This document shows positions 58,723 to 64,000 of a stretch of 64,000 nucleotides of DNA, one piece after another (position 1 is the first letter of the stretch; the number at the start of each line of letters is the position of its first letter). Origin of the DNA: an uncultured Chloroflexia bacterium (lineage in GTDB: Bacteria; Chloroflexota; Dehalococcoidia; DSTF01; JALHUB01); assembly GCA_963703345.1 (NCBI GenBank), contig OY969814.1, forward strand, positions 1,344,001 through 1,408,000, given 5' to 3'. Both the position numbers and the translations under genes were made by a program. Below the pieces are notes generated by a model. That model was not told the DNA's origin. It ran no database searches and saw only the letters and a program-made list of their open reading frames with translations.

Positions 58723-59694
58723 ATGCAGAGCAAGGACGCCATAACTGACATCGCCGGCATACGCGTCGGCCACTGGACCGACCGGCGCGCCGCCACCGGC
58801 TGTACGGTCGTCCTCTGCGAGAAGGGCGCCGTCGCCGGCATCGACGTGCGCGGCGGAGCCCCCGGCACCCGCGAGTCGTCCTTATTGCGACCGGAGACGC
58901 TTGTCCAGCAAATTCACGCCGTCTTCCTCACCGGCGGCAGCGCCTTCGGCCTCGACGTCGGCTCCGGCATCATGCGCTATCTGGAAGAGCGAGGCGTCGG
59001 CTTCGCCTACGGCGGCGCGACCGTCCCGATCGTCTGCGGCGCCGTCCTCTTCGACCTCAACGTCGGCCGCGCGGACGTGCGACCCACCGGCGAAAGCGGC
59101 TACCGCGCCTGCCTGGCGGCGAAAAGCGGGCGCATCGCTGAGGGCAGCGTCGGCGCCGGCACGGGCGCGACTGTGGCGAAGGTGCGGACGGTCGCCCACG
59201 GGCTGAAGGGCGGCGTCGGCACCGCGGCGGAACGAATCGACGACATCGTTGTCGCCGCGCTCGTCGCTGTCAACGCTTTCGGCGAGATCAGCGATGGCGA
59301 GACCGTCATCGCCGGCCCACGCGGCGCACCCGGCCGCTTCGACAGCACACTCGACATAATGCGACAGGCCGGACCTTCCGCGGGCCTGCCTCTCACGAAC
59401 ACGACCATCGGCGTCATCGCTACCAACGCCACTCTCACGAAGGTGCAGGCGACCGCCGTCGCCCAAATGGCCCACGACGGCATCGCCCGCGCCGTCCGGC
59501 CCGCCCACTCGCCCGTCGACGGCGACGTGCTCTTCGCCCTGGCCACCTGCGAGCGCGAAGAGTCCGCGAACGTGCTGGTCATCGGAGCTTTCGCCGCCCG
59601 CGCCGTCGAGCGCGCCATCATCCGCGCCGTAAAGGCGGCGACCGGGCTGGCGGGCATCCCTTCCGCTGCGGAGTGGCTCGCGATGGGACGCTAG
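58723..59694 (+). CDS. P1/S58 family peptidase (DmpA-like)
   Basis: ITDIAGIRVGH, RGGAPGTRE, GGSAFGL, GAGTG, NTTIG, DGD. Confidence 0.9.
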   Translation: MQSKDAITDIAGIRVGHWTDRRAATGCTVVLCEKGAVAGIDVRGGAPGTRESSLLRPETLVQQIHAVFLTGGSAFGLDVGSGIMRYLEERGVGFAYGGATVPIVCGAVLFDLNVGRADVRPTGESGYRACLAAKSGRIAEGSVGAGTGATVAKVRTVAHGLKGGVGTAAERIDDIVVAALVAVNAFGEISDGETVIAGPRGAPGRFDSTLDIMRQAGPSAGLPLTNTTIGVIATNATLTKVQATAVAQMAHDGIARAVRPAHSPVDGDVLFALATCEREESANVLVIGAFAARAVERAIIRAVKAATGLAGIPSAAEWLAMGR

Positions 59695-59695
59695 C

Positions 59696-61039
59696 TCAGG
59701 AGAGCAGTCGGAGCAGCTCGCTCGGCATCGACGCGAAGGCGACGGGCGTCGACAGAGCGGCGCTTACGTCGGCGGGCGTCGCGCCGTCGAGGAACAGGGC
59801 GCCGGCGTGGTTGAGGGCATGACGCGGCAGGACGAGCAGATCGCCCAGGTCGCGGCCCCGAAGCGTTTCGATGATGTCGCGGCCGGTCAGCAGGCCGGAC
59901 ACGGTGACGCGCGGCCCGAAGAAGGCGTTCTCGACCGCCACGACCGATGCGTCGATTCCCGTTAGCGCGCTCATCTCCGCCGCAAGCTGCGTCAGCACCG
60001 GCGCGACGAGCGTCCCGCAGGCGAGCGTAATCCTCCTGGAGAGCGTCGGTCGCGGGACCGCGCTGCCGGACAGCCGCCGTCGCAGCCGCCGCCAGTCCTC
60101 GATGAGGGCGCGCGTCATCCCAATGCCGTTCTCATACTGCGGATAGCCGTCGTAGCGCGCGGAAGCGGGCAAACGTACGCCCGCGGCCAGATAGAACTCG
60201 TCCGCCAGGTAGACCAGGTCGACGCCAAAACGTCGCCGGAACTCCCGCTGCCAGGGGCGCACCTGCGCGATGACCTGGTGGGCGTATTCCGGCGTGCAGG
60301 GCGCCAGCCGGCGCTTTGTGGCGTCGTCGGCGCGCGACCAGGCGTCCCGGCTCGCCGCCACGGGCACGACGCCGATCGACTGCACCGCCGGGTAGAGCTC
60401 GCCTAGCTCGCGGACGGTCCGCGCCAGTTCCTCGCCGTCGTTGAGGCCCGGGCAAAGCACGATCTGCGTGTTGATGCGAATGCCAAGCTCGCCTAGACGC
60501 CGCAACTGCCCGACAACGTCCGGCGCGCGTCCGTTTCCAAGCAGGCGACGCCGCAGCTCCAGGTCAGTAGCATGCACCGACACGTTGAGGGGGCTCAGGC
60601 GCTGCTCCTCCAGCCGGCGCCAGTCGGCGGCGGTCAGGTTGGACAGCGTGACGAAATTGCCGTCGGCAAAGCTGAGGCGGATGTCGTCGTCTTTCAAGTA
60701 AAGGGAAGGGCGCAGGCCGGCGGGCAGGCCCTTCAGGAAGCAGAAAAAGCAATCGTTGTTGCAGGTGCGAATGCGGTCGAAGATGGACGACTCGAACTCG
60801 ACGCCGAGGCTTTCGCCGGGCCGCCGCTGCGCCTCGATCTCCTGCTCCCGCCCGTCGCGCTCGAAAGTGAGGTGAAAGCGCTCCTCCGCCGCGTAGAAGG
60901 CGAAATCGATGGCGTCGCGCAGCGCATGGCCGTTGACGGCGAGAAGCCTGTCGCCGGGCCGCAGTCCGACGCGCGCCGCGAGGCTGCCGGCGGCCACCTC
61001 TCGAACCGCGCCACCGGCCTTTGAGGCGGCAAGGGGCAT
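59696..61039 (-). CDS. PDZ-containing radical SAM protein (DUF512)
   Basis: PDZ N-terminus, CNNDCFFC, KDDD.RLSF, ADEFY, QYENGIG. Confidence 0.9.
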   Translation of the reverse strand: MPLAASKAGGAVREVAAGSLAARVGLRPGDRLLAVNGHALRDAIDFAFYAAEERFHLTFERDGREQEIEAQRRPGESLGVEFESSIFDRIRTCNNDCFFCFLKGLPAGLRPSLYLKDDDIRLSFADGNFVTLSNLTAADWRRLEEQRLSPLNVSVHATDLELRRRLLGNGRAPDVVGQLRRLGELGIRINTQIVLCPGLNDGEELARTVRELGELYPAVQSIGVVPVAASRDAWSRADDATKRRLAPCTPEYAHQVIAQVRPWQREFRRRFGVDLVYLADEFYLAAGVRLPASARYDGYPQYENGIGMTRALIEDWRRLRRRLSGSAVPRPTLSRRITLACGTLVAPVLTQLAAEMSALTGIDASVVAVENAFFGPRVTVSGLLTGRDIIETLRGRDLGDLLVLPRHALNHAGALFLDGATPADVSAALSTPVAFASMPSELLRLLS

Positions 61040-61890
61040 CAGGCGAGCTCCCGCAGCCGCGCCACGACCGCCTTGATTGCCTCGTCCGGAGTCGAAGCGC
61101 CGGCCGTCACGCCGACACGCGCCCGGCCTCGCAGCCACTCGCCCTCGATCTGCTCCGCCGACTCGACCTGGTACGTCTCGACGCCTTCCTCCCGCGCGAC
61201 TTCCGCCAAATGCCGCGTGTTCGCGCTCTCCCTGCCGCCGACGACGATCACGAGGTCGACCCGTCGCGCTAGGTCCCGCGCCGCTGCCTGCTTGCTAGTG
61301 GTGGCGTCGCACAGCGTGTTTATCACGCGCAGCTCGTGCGCATCCCGCAGGTGCACGTCGACGAGGCGCTGGACAAAGGAAGCGAAGCGGTCGGCGGTCT
61401 GCGTTGTCTGCGCCAGCACGGCGACTCGCCCCGGCAGAGGCGCGGGGAGCGCGTCCAGTGCCGCCTCATCGGGGAGAGCGACGCCTTTGCCGGCAGCCCA
61501 GCCGAGGACGCCGCGCACCTCAGGATGTTCCGGATTGCCGAAGATGACGATGGTGTAGCCTTCGCCGGCCAGCCGCTTCGCCCAGCGCTGCGAGCGCGTT
61601 ACGATGGGGCAGGTGGCATCGATTGCCCGCAGCCCGAGCCGCGCCATCTCCGCCAGCACCGCCGGCGACGCCCCGTGCGAGGGGACGATGACGGCGCGGT
61701 CGCGAGCTTCGTCGGCTTCATGGATGACCTGGACGCCCATCGCCGCCAGCCGCTCGACGACCTGCTGATTGTGCACAATCGACCCCAGGCTTGCGAGCTC
61801 GCCCGACTCGGCTGCCGCCTTCTCCGCCATCTCCACAGCGCGCCGGACGCCGAGGCAGAAGCCCAGGTCGCCGGCAAGAATTATCTCCAT
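61039..61890 (-). CDS. ispH: 4-hydroxy-3-methylbut-2-enyl diphosphate reductase
   Basis: GFCLGV.RA, IVHN, DATCP, TLC.AT, TAGASTP. Confidence 0.95.
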   Translation of the reverse strand: MEIILAGDLGFCLGVRRAVEMAEKAAAESGELASLGSIVHNQQVVERLAAMGVQVIHEADEARDRAVIVPSHGASPAVLAEMARLGLRAIDATCPIVTRSQRWAKRLAGEGYTIVIFGNPEHPEVRGVLGWAAGKGVALPDEAALDALPAPLPGRVAVLAQTTQTADRFASFVQRLVDVHLRDAHELRVINTLCDATTSKQAAARDLARRVDLVIVVGGRESANTRHLAEVAREEGVETYQVESAEQIEGEWLRGRARVGVTAGASTPDEAIKAVVARLRELA

Positions 61891-61897
61891 CGCTCGC

Positions 61898-62584
61898 TCA
61901 GCCCGTTCTCTCGACTCCCGACGACGCCGTCTCCGCGTAGGCGCCTCTCTGCTCCGCCGGCAGCAATGCCGCGATCCTCCCCATGATGATGTCGGTGCAG
62001 CGCTTCGCCTCCTCCGCCGTCACCCGCTGCACCGGCGGCAGGAAGAAGGGATCGCCCAGGACGACGCGGATGTGAGGACGGCGCCTGCGAAGGCTGTCCA
62101 GGGGCAGCCGGATGATGGATATCTTCGCGGTGCCGCTGACGGCGACCGGCAGGATCGGCGCCTCGCTTCGAAGCGCCAGCAGCGCCGTCCCGGGATGGGC
62201 AGCGTGCAGCCTGCCGTCTTTGCTGCGGGTGCCTTCCGGGAACATCGCCAGCACTTCGCCGCCGCGGAGGATTTCCGCCGCCTTGCGCAGAGCGCCGAGG
62301 TCGGCCTCCGAGCGACGCACCGGAAAAGCGCCGACGAGTCGGGCCATCATCCCGATAACTGGCCACTGGAACATCTCCCGCTTGGCCATGAAAACGAGCC
62401 GTCGCGACATTACGGCGCCCAGCAGCGGCGGGTCGGCGTTGTTGAAATGGTTGGACGCCACGATGAGCGTGCCCTGCCGCGGCATCTTCTCCCGGCCGAT
62501 GACCTCGGTGGTAGTGAACGCGAAGACGACGGCTTTGACGACCGCCAGGAGCGACCAGTAGAACAGGGGAACGATGTACTTCAC
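61898..62584 (-). CDS. plsC: 1-acyl-sn-glycerol-3-phosphate acyltransferase
   Basis: NH....D, FPVRR, FPEGTRS. Confidence 0.9.
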   Translation of the reverse strand: MKYIVPLFYWSLLAVVKAVVFAFTTTEVIGREKMPRQGTLIVASNHFNNADPPLLGAVMSRRLVFMAKREMFQWPVIGMMARLVGAFPVRRSEADLGALRKAAEILRGGEVLAMFPEGTRSKDGRLHAAHPGTALLALRSEAPILPVAVSGTAKISIIRLPLDSLRRRRPHIRVVLGDPFFLPPVQRVTAEEAKRCTDIIMGRIAALLPAEQRGAYAETASSGVERTG

Positions 62585-63261
62585 TGCGTCAGCGCCAGTA
62601 TCTTGTCGACAACCTGCTCCAGGCTGAGGCCGTCCGTTTGCAGTATGCGCGCGTCCGCCGCGGGTCGTAGCGGCGACAGCTCGCGCTCACTATCGGCGGC
62701 GTCGCGGCGCTCCAACTCTCGCATGACGCTCGCAATGCTGATCGTCTCCCCGCGGAGCTGCGCCTGCTCCCAGCGACGCCGCGCTCGCTCCAACCGCGGG
62801 GCGTCGAGGTAGACCTTGAGGTCGGCGTCCGGCAGCACTACGGTGCCGATGTCCCGTCCGACGACCACGATCTCGCCCCGCTGCGCCTCTTCGCGCTGGA
62901 TGCGCACCATCGCCTCCCGCACCGCCGGCAGCCGGGACACGTCGGAAACGTTCGCCTCGACCTCCGGACGAACTAGGAACGCGGTCACCTCGACGCCGTT
63001 GACGTGGACTTGGCTCTGCTCGTCGGCGGTCGTGCTCACCGTCATGCTAACCCGTTGCGCCACGCCGACAATCGCCTGTTCGTCTTGCGGCGCAATGTCC
63101 CTTTCCAGGAGCAGCCAGGTGAAGGCGCGGTACATCATGCCGGTGTCCAGAAAGCGAAAACCGAGGCGTTTCGCCAGCAGGCTGCCCACCGCGCTCTTGC
63201 CTGACGCGACAGGGCCGTCTATGGCGACCGTCCTCGGATGGCCGTGGCGTTCCTCTGCGAT
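62581..63261 (-). CDS. cmk: Cytidylate kinase, probable non-AUG (ATC) start
   Basis: AIDGPVASGKS P-loop lies upstream of the first ATG/GTG/TTG; DTG.MYR, GRDIGTVV, RD..D..R..SPL. Confidence 0.92.
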   Translation of the reverse strand: MAEERHGHPRTVAIDGPVASGKSAVGSLLAKRLGFRFLDTGMMYRAFTWLLLERDIAPQDEQAIVGVAQRVSMTVSTTADEQSQVHVNGVEVTAFLVRPEVEANVSDVSRLPAVREAMVRIQREEAQRGEIVVVGRDIGTVVLPDADLKVYLDAPRLERARRRWEQAQLRGETISIASVMRELERRDAADSERELSPLRPAADARILQTDGLSLEQVVDKILALTQ

Positions 63262-63304
63262 ATCTCCTCCAGCGCTTATGCGCCGCTAATCAACCTCCCT
63301 TCGA

Positions 63305-64000
63305 TTATAGGCGGCGCCCATTCAGACGGGCAAGGAACAGGCCGCTGGAACCGCCGATGAGGAGGGCCACGGCGCCGGAGGCAAGCGAGATGAGAATGCG
63401 GAGTCGCGTGTCGTCGGAGGTGGGAACGGGAGCAGCCGCCGTTTCGATGCCGCCGCCTCCTTGATTGCGGACCGATGCAATTGCAGACGCAGACGACTTG
63501 CCGATCGGCGGAGTCGCCTGCCGGACGACACTCTGGCCGGCAACAGTGGCCCGCGGCTTCGTTACCCGCTGAATGATTGCGGCCGTGCCGATATCGCTCT
63601 GCGGCTCCACGACAGAGGTGGCGGGGGGCGAGGGCGTTACGGCATCCAACGATGCAGGTTCGAAGGACACGTCGTCGATGTAGATGGTTGCCGGCGCCTC
63701 CGACGCGGGAGCGAGCATGACGCGAAGCCTGGCGGAGCGCGCGTCGGCGGGCGCGAGAGCGGCGCCGGTCGTCAGGAACCGGAAAGTCGGGTCGACATCG
63801 CCTAGATGTGTCGTCGAGTCGGATGTGGCGAGGGCGCTGCCGCTGCAGTCATCGCTGGCATACCAGGAGATACGCAGGTATGATTCGCTGACTCCCGGAT
63901 CGTCAAGGAGGACGTAGCCGCTGAAGTCGTAGGCGCTGCCGCCGCTCACGCGCACGGTCTGATAGACCCACTTCGTCGCGGTCGTACTGCTGCTGAAGGC
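63305..64000 (-). CDS. C-terminally anchored surface protein with carbohydrate-binding-like beta sandwich (5' end outside window)
   Basis: WVYQTV.V, ISWY...DCSG, APADARSAR, YIDDVSF, P/T linker, terminal TM plus RR. Confidence 0.7.
   Translation of the reverse strand, partial: AFSSSTTATKWVYQTVRVSGGSAYDFSGYVLLDDPGVSESYLRISWYASDDCSGSALATSDSTTHLGDVDPTFRFLTTGAALAPADARSARLRVMLAPASEAPATIYIDDVSFEPASLDAVTPSPPATSVVEPQSDIGTAAIIQRVTKPRATVAGQSVVRQATPPIGKSSASAIASVRNQGGGGIETAAAPVPTSDDTRLRILISLASGAVALLIGGSSGLFLARLNGRRL

Overview
High-GC bacterial chromosomal segment. Gene content and protein style suggest a monoderm Chloroflexota, probably Dehalococcoidia (inference: type IV pilus operon without a PilQ secretin, T-box-controlled trp genes, Pro/Thr-rich secreted proteins, DUF116). 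In order it holds: a pterin/redox cluster with a frameshifted FAD reductase; fba-pfkA-thiolase-dxs; a surface-glycosylation island (about 9.4-17.9 kb) with a low-GC GT4 gene, an IS3-family end and a mosaic DUF116 gene carrying copied pieces of dxs and of the flippase gene; padR plus a membrane partner; a type IVa pilus operon (pilC, three minor pilins, pilO/M/N, a peptidase-less PilD N-domain, pilT, major pilin, pilB). That operon contains a DUF2723/TMEM260-like GT-C gene just upstream of a 20%-threonine pilin and is followed by a second GT-C, a GtrA-Ppm1 fusion and a GDPD-like gene. The rest is trpA-trpB and a Trp T-box-led trpEGDCF, an RNA-chaperone/DEAD-box cluster, three tRNAs, lspA-rluD, gltX, ltaE, polA-mutM with two foreign-looking defence-like genes, and cmk-plsC-ispH. 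The best candidate for an undescribed system is a self-contained polyprenol-phosphate-sugar-dependent pilin O-glycosylation (probably O-mannosylation) pathway. All family assignments are from motif recognition by eye; no searches were run.
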